Shown in pieces: positions 37,265 to 46,224 of a stretch of 64,000 nucleotides of DNA; the first letter of the stretch is position 1; every line of letters begins with the position of its first letter. Location: assembly GCA_964452905.1 (NCBI GenBank), contig CAYVNP010000001.1:93066-157065 (forward strand). Direction: 5' to 3'. This stretch comes from an uncultured Bacteroidales bacterium (lineage in GTDB: Bacteria > Bacteroidota > Bacteroidia > Bacteroidales > CAYVNP01). A program made the translations under genes and the position numbers. The notes beneath the pieces were generated by a model. The model worked only from the letters and a program-made list of their open reading frames with translations. It searched no databases and was not told the origin of the DNA.

Positions 37265-39268
37265 ATGAAAGAATTTATTGAACTCATCGTAAACAATGAA
37301 GACTGGCTGATGCAATGTGTATTGTATTATGCAAAGAAATTCAATTATGATGAATACATTTATACCCAGGAAGGTGCCTGGAGTATTTCTGTCAATGAAC
37401 TTTCCAATGCGTTGATCACAAAGGCATCCCAATCCGGAAAAGTTGTGCCCGAACTGAATCCTCATACAGAACCTGAGGATGATCCTTTATCTGTTTTCGG
37501 AAAAACGCTTGCAGCAAAACAAATCAGCGGAACAAACAGAATTTCCGTTTTACTTGGATTATTGAAATATTACCGCCAATCATTTATGGACCTTGTGGAA
37601 ACATCAATTATTGATGATCACAATAATAACCATTATAAATTATTCACAGAACGTTGTTTCGATACTATTGAAATTTCATTTTGTAATGAATGGCTGATAC
37701 TTTCAGGAGGGAAAAAACAAAAAAATATCATCCAGCCACAGACTTCAACATTCAGCAGCAACAATGTATATCATACCATCTTTGAAAATTCGTATACACC
37801 AATAGTTTTTCTGGACGAAAATAATAGAATCATAAATTACAATTTTGCCGCTGCAGAAATTTTTATTTCAGCAAATACTACTGATTCCTATCAAGAAAAT
37901 TCGCGCGAATCATTAAAACAACTTAATGAAAAATTACAGGAATTTATTCAAAAGGATTTTGATGAAAATATTATTGAAACAGAAATAGATACTGGTCAGG
38001 GGAAACGTTTTTTTCATGTTAAGCTGAAATCCATGCACACGGCAGAAGGGAAACAGAGCGGAACCATTGTGATGTTTGATGATATTACCCGACGCAAAGA
38101 AGCAGAAATGCAGCTTACACTTGCTAAAGAAAAAGCCGAAGAAGCTGATAAATTGAAAACTGCTTTTCTTGCCAACATGTCGCATGAGATCCGAACACCG
38201 ATGAATGCTATTTTAGGATTCTCCAAAATGCTGACCAAATCGGATACTCCTGAAGATAAACGGTCGCAATATATTGAAATCATTAAGAACAGTACCGATC
38301 AACTGCTTACCATCATCAATGATATTGTTGATATTTCGAAAATTGAAGCCCATCAGATCAAGATTGATGAAGGGTCAGTGGTCATGCTGAATGACCTAAT
38401 CGGTGAAATTCATTCTCTGTTCCGTCCAACAGCAGAATTGAACAATCTTAAACTAACCTATAGTCATGGCTTACCAGATATGCCCAGCAATATTTATGCT
38501 GATGGGGTGAGACTACGTCAAATATTAACCAACCTTTTGAGCAATGCACTCAAGTTCACCAGTCAGGGATATATTAAATTCGGATATATATTAAAAGATT
38601 CATTTCTTGAATTTTTTGTTGAGGATTCAGGCATCGGAATATCACAGGATAAACAAGAACTCATTTTTGAACGTTTTAGCCAGGCCGATCTGACGACCCC
38701 GAAACTATTTGGTGGTACAGGTCTTGGCTTATCGATTGCTAAAGCATTGATTGAGTTGCATGGAGGCAAAATATGGCTGAAATCTCAACCCGATAAAGGA
38801 TCCGTTTTTTATTTTACCATTCCTTATCGTCCGGTATACGCCAATAAAAATTTAAATGGGGAAGCAAAAAAAGAACCAAAAGAAAACAATTGGGATAACA
38901 TCACAATGATGATCGCAGAAGATGAAGAAATCAATTATCTGTTCTTAAAAGAATTTCTCTCTAAAACACATATTAATCTGATCAGAGCGCGTAATGGTCA
39001 TGAAGCGATTGAACTTTATAAACAACATTCAAATATCGATCTGATCTTAATGGATATTAAAATGCCTGTGAAAGACGGATATGAAGCTACCAAACAAATC
39101 AAGCTGATCAACCATGATGTTCCTATCATCGCTCAAACGGCCTATGTTTTTGAAGATGATAAAATCAGAATCTCACAATCCGGGTTTGATGATTACATAT
39201 CCAAACCCATCAATGAAATGAAACTGATCAATACCATTAAAAAATTTATCGAGAAAGTAAAGACTTAA
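37265..39268 (+). CDS. Hybrid sensor histidine kinase/response regulator (cytoplasmic)
   Basis: PAS-like segment, H-box FLANMSHEIRTPMNAILGF, HATPase N/G boxes, and a C-terminal REC domain (IAEDEEIN...LILMDIKMP). Confidence 0.92.
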   Translation: MKEFIELIVNNEDWLMQCVLYYAKKFNYDEYIYTQEGAWSISVNELSNALITKASQSGKVVPELNPHTEPEDDPLSVFGKTLAAKQISGTNRISVLLGLLKYYRQSFMDLVETSIIDDHNNNHYKLFTERCFDTIEISFCNEWLILSGGKKQKNIIQPQTSTFSSNNVYHTIFENSYTPIVFLDENNRIINYNFAAAEIFISANTTDSYQENSRESLKQLNEKLQEFIQKDFDENIIETEIDTGQGKRFFHVKLKSMHTAEGKQSGTIVMFDDITRRKEAEMQLTLAKEKAEEADKLKTAFLANMSHEIRTPMNAILGFSKMLTKSDTPEDKRSQYIEIIKNSTDQLLTIINDIVDISKIEAHQIKIDEGSVVMLNDLIGEIHSLFRPTAELNNLKLTYSHGLPDMPSNIYADGVRLRQILTNLLSNALKFTSQGYIKFGYILKDSFLEFFVEDSGIGISQDKQELIFERFSQADLTTPKLFGGTGLGLSIAKALIELHGGKIWLKSQPDKGSVFYFTIPYRPVYANKNLNGEAKKEPKENNWDNITMMIAEDEEINYLFLKEFLSKTHINLIRARNGHEAIELYKQHSNIDLILMDIKMPVKDGYEATKQIKLINHDVPIIAQTAYVFEDDKIRISQSGFDDYISKPINEMKLINTIKKFIEKVKT

Positions 39269-39765
39269 AATTTAGTCTCTTTGATTAATTTCCCCTTATC
39301 AAATATTTTCTCTTTTATCTTTTTACCCTTCTTATCCCAGTATGTCCACAAGCCATCATTGAAGCAATCAACGTAATTTCCCTCACTTTCCTTCTGCCCG
39401 TTTTCATACCAATAAACAGCATACCCATTGCGAAAATCATTGACATATATTTCTTCGCTTTTTTTCATACCGCTTTCATAGTAATAAGTCATTTTACCAT
39501 TGAATTTCCCATCTATAAATTCAGCGGATAAATAAATCTTTCCATTGGCAAACCATGATGTTTGTGTTCCGTTGTACTTTCCATCAACAAAGTTTGATTC
39601 AGACGTTTTTTGACCGTTTACCGAATACGTATACGCTTTGCCTGTAAAAAGACTGTCATGATTATATTTAACTCCATCCACATCCTTTAATGTAATCATA
39701 TTTACTTCTTGTGAATATATTGATAGAGTGAATAGAATAAATCCAACTACTAAATATTTTTTCAT
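39265..39765 (-). CDS. MORN-repeat-variant (YwqK-like) secreted protein
   Basis: 166 aa with a signal peptide and repeated G-x-x-x-x-W/Y-Y-x-N-G-Q/K units. Confidence 0.7.
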   Translation of the reverse strand: MKKYLVVGFILFTLSIYSQEVNMITLKDVDGVKYNHDSLFTGKAYTYSVNGQKTSESNFVDGKYNGTQTSWFANGKIYLSAEFIDGKFNGKMTYYYESGMKKSEEIYVNDFRNGYAVYWYENGQKESEGNYVDCFNDGLWTYWDKKGKKIKEKIFDKGKLIKETKF

Positions 39766-39848
39766 ATTTAAAAATTAATACTCAAAGGTAAGAATAAAAA
39801 ATATGGAAAAACTATAACGCGTTGACTGTTTAATTCCAAATTTTTATT

Positions 39849-39987
39849 TAATTTTGCACGTACTATTATAAAAATTAAAAATGGACGAAGGCCCGGCGAT
39901 ATATAAATCATTAAACACTTTGATATAGAAGGGTGGCGCTTTATCTAACCTCCTTTCAGTATCAAGTTATAAAAAGAGGAGGTACCA
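39849..39987 (+). promoter_or_regulatory. Promoter box plus ~120-nt structured leader with alternative SD-sequestering pairing
   Basis: TAATTTTG box at 39849-39856. Purine boxes gaaggcccggcg (39887-39898) and gaagggtggcgc (39928-39939). Pyrimidine box aacctcctttc (39947-39957), which can pair either with the second purine box or with the SD agaggaggt (39975-39983). Confidence 0.45.
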
Positions 39988-41265
39988 ATGACTTTCCAGA
40001 AAACATTTTATTTAAGTAAGATTTTAGAAAAACGTCTTTATGATCCGCAAGGTCATTCAATTGGCAAGATCAAAGACGTTTTGATTGATCTTCATCCTTC
40101 GGGATCAGATGAGAATACTTCTCCAAAACCAAAAATTACCGGTTTGAAACTTAAATCCGCTGGTCAGATTCGTACTATTGCTTTTGACGAAGTGGAAATC
40201 ACCAAATTCAAAGGAGACTTCACGGTTAGTTGTAAAGAATTGATTGAACTGAGCGAAGAAAAAATTAATTCCGGACTATTCCTGAACGAAAATATTCTGG
40301 ATAAACAAATAGTTGATATTAACGGAAGAAAAGTAGTACGGGTGAATGATATTCGTTTGGTTATAGTTTCCAGCGGTGCTTATGTTATTGCAGTTGATGT
40401 GGGTATTGAAGGGCTATTACGCAGGATTGGCATTGCTAAATTTTTTCAGCGGTTATTTTCCTTATTCAGAGTTTCTATCCCATCCAAATTTATTTTATGG
40501 GATGATGTTGAAACCATTGATCATTCACGGCATAGTATTAAATTATCCAAAACATCTTCCAAACTTCATCGCTTGCATCCGTCGGATGTTGCGGATATCA
40601 TTGAAGAACTCGGACGTGCTTCCAAAACAACTGTATTTGCTACATTGGATGAAGAAAAAGCTGCCGATGTGCTTGAAGAGCTTGAACCGCATGTACAAGT
40701 GGATATCATTGAAAGTCTTCCTGTTCATAAGGCTGCTGACGTACTTGAAAAAATGCCTGCCAATGAAGCTGCCGATATTATTGATGAACTGGAAGATGAA
40801 AAAGCCGAACAATTGCTGAATGAGATGGAAGTTGAATCATCCGAAGAAGTCAGAGAGCTTTTAGAATATCCTGCTTATAAAGTGGGAAGTATTATGACTA
40901 CTGATTACCTTTCATTCCGGAATGACCAAACCGTAGAGGATGCACTTCAAATCATCCGTTCTCAAAAACCGGAAACAGATCTTTTATATAATTTGTTTAT
41001 TACCGATCAAAATGAAAAACTGATTGCTACTTTATCACTCAGGGATTTAGTGGTGTCTGAGCCGCAGGTTAAACTGGATCAGATCATGAAAAACAAACCG
41101 GTCAAGGTATATGATGACGATCGGATTGACTTACTCGCTGAAATAACCGAGAAATACAATTTGCTGGCAATACCGGTTATTGATCAAGAAGATTCATTGT
41201 TGGGGATGGTAGTCATCGATGATATTATTGAAGACCTTGTAAATAAAGGAAGAACCAATAAATAG
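39988..41265 (+). CDS. Soluble PRC-barrel + MgtE N-domain + CBS-pair protein (MgtE cytoplasmic sensor module without a membrane domain)
   Basis: 425 aa. It has acidic helical repeats (DVADIIEEL...AADVLEELEP...AADVLEKMP...AADIIDELEDEKAEQLLNEM) typical of MgtE_N, followed by two CBS motifs. No hydrophobic segments. Confidence 0.85.
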   Translation: MTFQKTFYLSKILEKRLYDPQGHSIGKIKDVLIDLHPSGSDENTSPKPKITGLKLKSAGQIRTIAFDEVEITKFKGDFTVSCKELIELSEEKINSGLFLNENILDKQIVDINGRKVVRVNDIRLVIVSSGAYVIAVDVGIEGLLRRIGIAKFFQRLFSLFRVSIPSKFILWDDVETIDHSRHSIKLSKTSSKLHRLHPSDVADIIEELGRASKTTVFATLDEEKAADVLEELEPHVQVDIIESLPVHKAADVLEKMPANEAADIIDELEDEKAEQLLNEMEVESSEEVRELLEYPAYKVGSIMTTDYLSFRNDQTVEDALQIIRSQKPETDLLYNLFITDQNEKLIATLSLRDLVVSEPQVKLDQIMKNKPVKVYDDDRIDLLAEITEKYNLLAIPVIDQEDSLLGMVVIDDIIEDLVNKGRTNK

Positions 41266-41277
41266 GAGGATTTTGCC

Positions 41278-42528
41278 ATGATGAATGCCAGAGTCAGAAG
41301 AAATTCTTTTTTACGGAATATCGCCTTATTCCTTGTAATCCTTGGTCCGGGTATTATTACCGGCAGTGTTGACAATGATGCCGGAGGGATCACCACCTAT
41401 TCTGTTGCCGGCGCCCGTTACGGGTATGGACTGATCTGGACGCTCATTCCTTCTTTTATCGTGCTGGTTATTATTCAGGAGATGAATGCACGAATGGGAA
41501 TCGTCACAGGCAAAGGACTTGCAGACCTGATCCGTGAAAAAGCAGGAGTAAAAGTGACATTTTTTATTTTTGTCGGTTTGCTGGTTGCTGACATTGGGAA
41601 TACAACTACCGAATTTGCCGGTGTCGCAGGCAGTATGGAAGTATTTAGTATTAATAAATATATTTCTGTACCTATCGTCTCAATGATGGTATGGTTACTG
41701 GTCGTAAAAGGAAATTATAAAATAGCTGAACGAATTTTTCTGATTTTCAGCGCTTCTTTATTGATGTATGTTATTTCAGCACTGATGGGTAAGCCACACT
41801 GGAAAGAGATCGGCTCTTCCATCATTCATCCGAAGATGGATATGAGTGCAAGCGGATTAGCCATGGTGATCGGTATCATCGGCACGACCATTGCTCCCTG
41901 GATGCAGTTTTATATGCAATCATCCGTCATCGAAAAAAGATTGAAAATGAGGAAATATAAATTTACACTGCTTGATGTTGTTGTCGGTTGTGTTGCTACC
42001 GTTGTCGTTGCGTTTTTTATTATTGTTGCCTGTGCGTCCACGTTGTATGAAAATCATATTACTATTAATGAAGCAAAGGATGCGGCGCTCGCTTTAAAGC
42101 CCCTGGCAGGCAATCTGTCATCACAAGTGTTTGCTTTCGGTTTGTTTGTTGCTTCTGTTTTTTCAGCCACCATACTACCTCTGGCAACCGCCTTCTATGT
42201 ATGCGAAGCATTCGGTTTTGAAGCAGGTATTGATAAAAAATGGGATGAAGCCCCTGAATTTTATTTTTTATATACAGGTATTTTAATTATTGCAGCAGGA
42301 ATTATTTTAATCCCCAATGCTCCGCTGATTGCTATTTCTCTGTGGTCTCAGGTCATCAATGGAATCCTGCTGCCGGTTGTACTTGTTTGTATGATCCTGC
42401 TGGTGAATGACAAAAAAATAATGGGTGAGCATGTCAATAAACCAATCAATAATATTATCGGCTGGTCAACGGTGATCATTCTGATTGGCTTATCCTCTAT
42501 GCTTTTATTCATGCCTTTCTTTTCTTAA
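41278..42528 (+). CDS. NRAMP-family divalent cation transporter with an NRMT-like (Mg2+-type) binding-site signature
   Basis: 416 aa with about 11 TM helices. TM1 reads VDNDAGGITTY where canonical NRAMP has DPGN. TM6 reads GTTIAPWMQFYMQS where canonical NRAMP has GAxxMPHNLYLHS. The SD aggagga (41264-41270) overlaps the upstream stop codon. Confidence 0.88.
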   Translation: MMNARVRRNSFLRNIALFLVILGPGIITGSVDNDAGGITTYSVAGARYGYGLIWTLIPSFIVLVIIQEMNARMGIVTGKGLADLIREKAGVKVTFFIFVGLLVADIGNTTTEFAGVAGSMEVFSINKYISVPIVSMMVWLLVVKGNYKIAERIFLIFSASLLMYVISALMGKPHWKEIGSSIIHPKMDMSASGLAMVIGIIGTTIAPWMQFYMQSSVIEKRLKMRKYKFTLLDVVVGCVATVVVAFFIIVACASTLYENHITINEAKDAALALKPLAGNLSSQVFAFGLFVASVFSATILPLATAFYVCEAFGFEAGIDKKWDEAPEFYFLYTGILIIAAGIILIPNAPLIAISLWSQVINGILLPVVLVCMILLVNDKKIMGEHVNKPINNIIGWSTVIILIGLSSMLLFMPFFS

Positions 42529-42618
42529 TATGTGTTAACTGAATATTTAAACTTCTCTGTATTTATCATCCTGAAAATTTATTTATATCTTTACCATCAC
42601 ATTAACTGTTTTGGTTGA

Positions 42619-44124
42619 ATGAATCTATATGCCCAACGAAAACGATGGAACTGGTTCCTGTTGATTTTTGCAGCAGTGATTGTTATCATTTCATTATGGT
42701 ACACCAATAAACTGGTAAAGAACATTGCGCAGGAAGAAAGAAAAAAAGTCAAACTCTGGGCTGAAGCCATTCGCAGGAAAGCAGTGCTGGTCAAGTATAC
42801 AGATAGTCTTTTTGAAAAATTAAAAATTCAGGAACGTAAACGGGTTGAAATATGGGCAGAAGCCAACAAATATATTTTTACTGCCGGTCCTAATGAAGAC
42901 CTAACATTCTTTGTAAAAATTATTACCGACAACACGACCATTCCTGTTATTGTTACCAATCACAAAGGAGAAATTACCAATGCTGCTAATGTTGATTTTG
43001 ATTTAAAAAAAATCAAATTCTTTAATGATTCCCTCAAAAAACAATTTTCTGATTATCCTCCTTTTGTCATCAATTATTATGGAAATCTTAAGTTATTCCT
43101 GTATTATAAAGATTCAAAATTGTTTACTGATCTTCGTGAAGTAATGAATGATATTATCCGATCCTTTCTTTCGGAGATCATCAATTCAGCGTCGGTTCCT
43201 GTCCTTATAACGGACAGTACTCAACAACATGTGATTGCTTCAGGAAATGTTGATACAATCAGTTTTAAAGATCAGGCAGCGGTTATAAAAACAATCGCAT
43301 CTTTCCGTTCCGCTAATACACCGGTTGAAGTTGAACTTACCGGTAAAGTAAAAAGTTATATATTCTATAAAGATTCATATTTGCTCACACGGCTTAGGTA
43401 TTATCCATACGTACAATTTTTTATCATCGGACTTTTTTTACTGATCGCCTATCTGATGTTCAGCACCACACGAAAAGCCGAACAAAACCAGGTGTGGATG
43501 GGAATGGCAAAAGAAACGGCACACCAGTTAGGTACACCCTTATCATCCTTAATGGCATGGATGGAAATACTGAAAATGAAACAAGGCGATAATGAAACCA
43601 CGGAGGAACTCAAAAAAGATATTGATCGACTTGAAACTATTGCCGAACGATTTTCTAAAATTGGTTCACCTCCCAAACTGGAAAAAGAAAATATTGTAAA
43701 AATACTCTATCGCTCAATCGAATACCTTAAATCAAGAACATCAAAGAATGTAATCTATTCGATCAATACACCGGAGAGTGTTGAAATATGGATTCCTTTG
43801 AATGCACGTTTATTTGAATGGGTGATTGAAAACATATGTAAAAATGCCGTTGATGCCATGGCAGGCAAAGGTTATCTTACGATTCAACTGGGTGAAGAAG
43901 GAAAAAATATTTTTATAGATATCTCCAATACGGGAAAAGCTATTCCTAAATCTAAATTCAAAACCATATTTCACCCGGGATATACAACTAAACAGAGTGG
44001 CTGGGGACTCGGTCTGTCTCTTGCCAGAAGGATTATTGAAGAAGTACATAAAGGAAAAATATTTGTTAAAAAATCTATTCCGGATAAAGAAACTACATTT
44101 AGAATTATATTAAAAAAATTATAA
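42619..44124 (+). CDS. Membrane sensor histidine kinase (no adjacent response regulator)
   Basis: 501 aa with two TM helices flanking a ~230-aa periplasmic domain, the H-box AHQLGTPLSSLMAWMEIL, and HATPase motifs. Confidence 0.88.
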   Translation: MNLYAQRKRWNWFLLIFAAVIVIISLWYTNKLVKNIAQEERKKVKLWAEAIRRKAVLVKYTDSLFEKLKIQERKRVEIWAEANKYIFTAGPNEDLTFFVKIITDNTTIPVIVTNHKGEITNAANVDFDLKKIKFFNDSLKKQFSDYPPFVINYYGNLKLFLYYKDSKLFTDLREVMNDIIRSFLSEIINSASVPVLITDSTQQHVIASGNVDTISFKDQAAVIKTIASFRSANTPVEVELTGKVKSYIFYKDSYLLTRLRYYPYVQFFIIGLFLLIAYLMFSTTRKAEQNQVWMGMAKETAHQLGTPLSSLMAWMEILKMKQGDNETTEELKKDIDRLETIAERFSKIGSPPKLEKENIVKILYRSIEYLKSRTSKNVIYSINTPESVEIWIPLNARLFEWVIENICKNAVDAMAGKGYLTIQLGEEGKNIFIDISNTGKAIPKSKFKTIFHPGYTTKQSGWGLGLSLARRIIEEVHKGKIFVKKSIPDKETTFRIILKKL

Positions 44125-44183
44125 TACAAACAAACATATTTATATTATTCAAATATGATATTTAATTTTTAATTACACCATCC

Positions 44184-44741
44184 ATGTCCATTTTTACTAT
44201 TTTATTAATCGCTATTGGACTTTCTATGGATTGTTTTGCAGTTACCATTGCCATTGGATTTACGTATGATAACTTTCAACGTAAACAGGCATTACGGATA
44301 GCTGCCATTTTCGGATTATTTCACATTCTGATGCCAACCCTTGGCTGGCTGATAGGAACTCCTTTTAAACAATTCATTTCTGATATCGATCATTGGATTG
44401 CTTGTATTATGCTTTCGGGAATTGGCATCAAAATGATTGTTGAAGCCATCAGAAATCATCCTGAAGAAAAAAAAGATATCAATAAAATCATGGTTCTTAT
44501 CTGGCTTGCATTTGCTACCAGTATGGATGCACTGATCATCGGAGTCAGTATGGCTTTTCTGGATGTTAATATTTTTATCATACCGTTCATATTTGGATTG
44601 ATTACATTTTTGATTTCATTTATCGGATGCTCCATCGGAAAAAGATTTGGATATATTCTTGGTGAAAGAGCTGAAATTATTGGCGGCTTGGTATTGATCG
44701 CTTTAGGGGTAAAAATTTTACTTGATCATACATTACTTTAA
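44184..44741 (+). CDS. mntP: Manganese efflux pump MntP
   Basis: 185 aa with 6 TM helices and the duplicated motifs LSMDCFAV / TSMDALIIG characteristic of MntP/YebN. Confidence 0.9.
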   Translation: MSIFTILLIAIGLSMDCFAVTIAIGFTYDNFQRKQALRIAAIFGLFHILMPTLGWLIGTPFKQFISDIDHWIACIMLSGIGIKMIVEAIRNHPEEKKDINKIMVLIWLAFATSMDALIIGVSMAFLDVNIFIIPFIFGLITFLISFIGCSIGKRFGYILGERAEIIGGLVLIALGVKILLDHTLL

Positions 44742-44743
44742 TA

Positions 44744-45646
44744 ATGAAATACCTTGTTTTGTTTTTTCTGTTAAATCTTAATTCATTGAATTGCATTTCT
44801 CAAATTCAATGGAGTAAAAAAAACAGCATGTATTTTTTATCTTCCGGTCCAATCCATTTAACGATTGATACTTCCATGGGAGGAAGAATATCTTCATTGA
44901 AATTAAATCAACAGGAAATGCTAAATCAAACCTGTATCTCTTGCGGGTCATTGTTCTGGACAAGTCCTCAAAGTAGCTGGGGTTGGTGGCCACCGGTCAA
45001 ATCATTTTCAAGCAAACCGTTCAATTCCGTATTGAATAATAATAAAACTGAATTGGTATTAACCAGCCGAATTGATTCTGTTACAGGGTTTCAAATGATA
45101 AAAAAGATTCATGCCGATAAAAAAAATAATTCCATAGAATTGACCTATATTCTCATAAATCAAACAGATTCCGTCAACGTGGTTGCACCATGGGAATTAA
45201 CTTTTGTTCCTACAGGTGGATTTTATTTTTTCCCAAAAGCAAGCAATTTCACACTTGTTCAGAAGAATAAAGGGAATCCGAAAGAATTAATTCCGCAAAT
45301 TGATGATTCAATTGTATGGTATGCTTACAGGATGGATGATCATCATAAAAAACTTTTCAGGGATGGCGCTGAAGGCTGGATGGCTATGGTACAAAAAAAC
45401 ATATTGTTTATTAAAAAATATCCTGACATTCCGATTTCGCAGTTTGCTCCTCAAGAAGCAGAAGTTGAGATCTACACTGCTGCAGATCATGCTGAATTTG
45501 AAGTTCAAGGTGCTTATACCACGCTTCAGCCAAAACAATCACTCACCTGGTCCGTTCAGTGGTATCTTGCTGAAATCCCTGCATACATGAATTCCACGAT
45601 GGGTTCACCCACGCTTGTTAACTATGTACGAAGTATAATAAAATAA
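44744..45646 (+). CDS. Hypothetical secreted protein (possibly a mutarotase-like fold)
   Basis: 300 aa with a signal peptide. The fold guess is weak and rests only on motifs such as GGRISSLKLN and WELTFVP. Confidence 0.45.
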   Translation: MKYLVLFFLLNLNSLNCISQIQWSKKNSMYFLSSGPIHLTIDTSMGGRISSLKLNQQEMLNQTCISCGSLFWTSPQSSWGWWPPVKSFSSKPFNSVLNNNKTELVLTSRIDSVTGFQMIKKIHADKKNNSIELTYILINQTDSVNVVAPWELTFVPTGGFYFFPKASNFTLVQKNKGNPKELIPQIDDSIVWYAYRMDDHHKKLFRDGAEGWMAMVQKNILFIKKYPDIPISQFAPQEAEVEIYTAADHAEFEVQGAYTTLQPKQSLTWSVQWYLAEIPAYMNSTMGSPTLVNYVRSIIK

Positions 45647-45673
45647 TTATTTTTATTAAAAAAACTATTTATC

Positions 45674-45681
45674 TATCTTTG
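45674..45681 (+). promoter_or_regulatory. Candidate -7 promoter box (TATCTTTG) for tRNA-Leu
   Basis: It matches TAnnTTTG and lies 22 nt upstream of the tRNA 5' end. Confidence 0.4.
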
Positions 45682-45703
45682 CAATCCAATTTCAAATCAA
45701 TAA

Positions 45704-45787
45704 GCCCGAATGGCGGAATTGGTAGACGCGCTGGTCTCAAAAACCTGTGAGTGCAAGCTCGTGCCGGTTCAACTCCGGCTTCGGGTA
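45704..45787 (+). tRNA. tRNA-Leu (anticodon CAA), type II with a long variable arm
   Basis: Folded by hand. Acceptor stem GCCCGAA/TTCGGGT (G1-U72 wobble). D-loop AATTGGTAG. Anticodon loop CTCAAAA. Long variable arm. T-arm GCCGG TTCAACT CCGGC. Discriminator A. CCA is not encoded. Confidence 0.9.
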
Positions 45788-45801
45788 CATTTTTCACCTC
45801 A

Positions 45802-45832
45802 AAACCCTTGATTTATCAGGGGTTTCTTTTTT
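45802..45832 (+). terminator. Rho-independent terminator after tRNA-Leu
   Basis: Stem aaacccttga / tcaggggttt (one G-U pair), loop ttta, followed by cttttttg. Confidence 0.6.
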
Positions 45833-45861
45833 GTTCGATTGAAAAGGGGGCTGACATTTTT

Positions 45862-46224
45862 TTAAGCAGCAACATTATTATTCCTTCTTGTATATTTTAT
45901 ACTTCTAATTTCTTGTAAAGAACTCATAACATCTTTTCTAAAGTATCTCACATTCCCAGCAAGACGTAATCCTTTCAAAATTCCTGATTTTGTATATTCA
46001 TTTAGAGATTGTGAAGAAATTTTTAATATCTCCATTACTTCTTCACGAGTTAATAAATCTTCATCCGATTTATTTGGTAGATTTGATAAACACTTTTGTA
46101 TAGAGTGTTCGATTGATTGCTGAATAAATTCTTTAAATTCTTCAATCGGGATTGTAATACCGATACTCAATAAGTAAAAGTCCAATAAATTGTTCTTAAC
46201 ATATTGTAGATCGGCATTAACCAT
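45862..46224 (-). CDS. Helix-turn-helix (excisionase/MerR-like HTH_17-type) DNA-binding protein
   Basis: 120 aa. The C-terminal part LLTREEVMEILKISSQSLNEYTKSGILKGLRLAGNVRYFRKDV resembles the small HTH proteins of Bacteroidota mobile elements. It lies immediately 3' of the tRNA gene. Confidence 0.65.
   Translation of the reverse strand: MVNADLQYVKNNLLDFYLLSIGITIPIEEFKEFIQQSIEHSIQKCLSNLPNKSDEDLLTREEVMEILKISSQSLNEYTKSGILKGLRLAGNVRYFRKDVMSSLQEIRSIKYTRRNNNVAA

Noticed and set aside
39265-39268. Convergent genes whose stop codons overlap in TTAA
   Set aside because: The overlap is real but trivial: a compact-genome coincidence with no indication of functional coupling.
39866-39987. Assigning the leader to a named riboswitch class (M-box, yybP-ykoY, fluoride)
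   Set aside because: I could not recognise the conserved cores of these classes from memory, and the leader is shorter than an M-box. I left it as an unclassified candidate pending cmscan.
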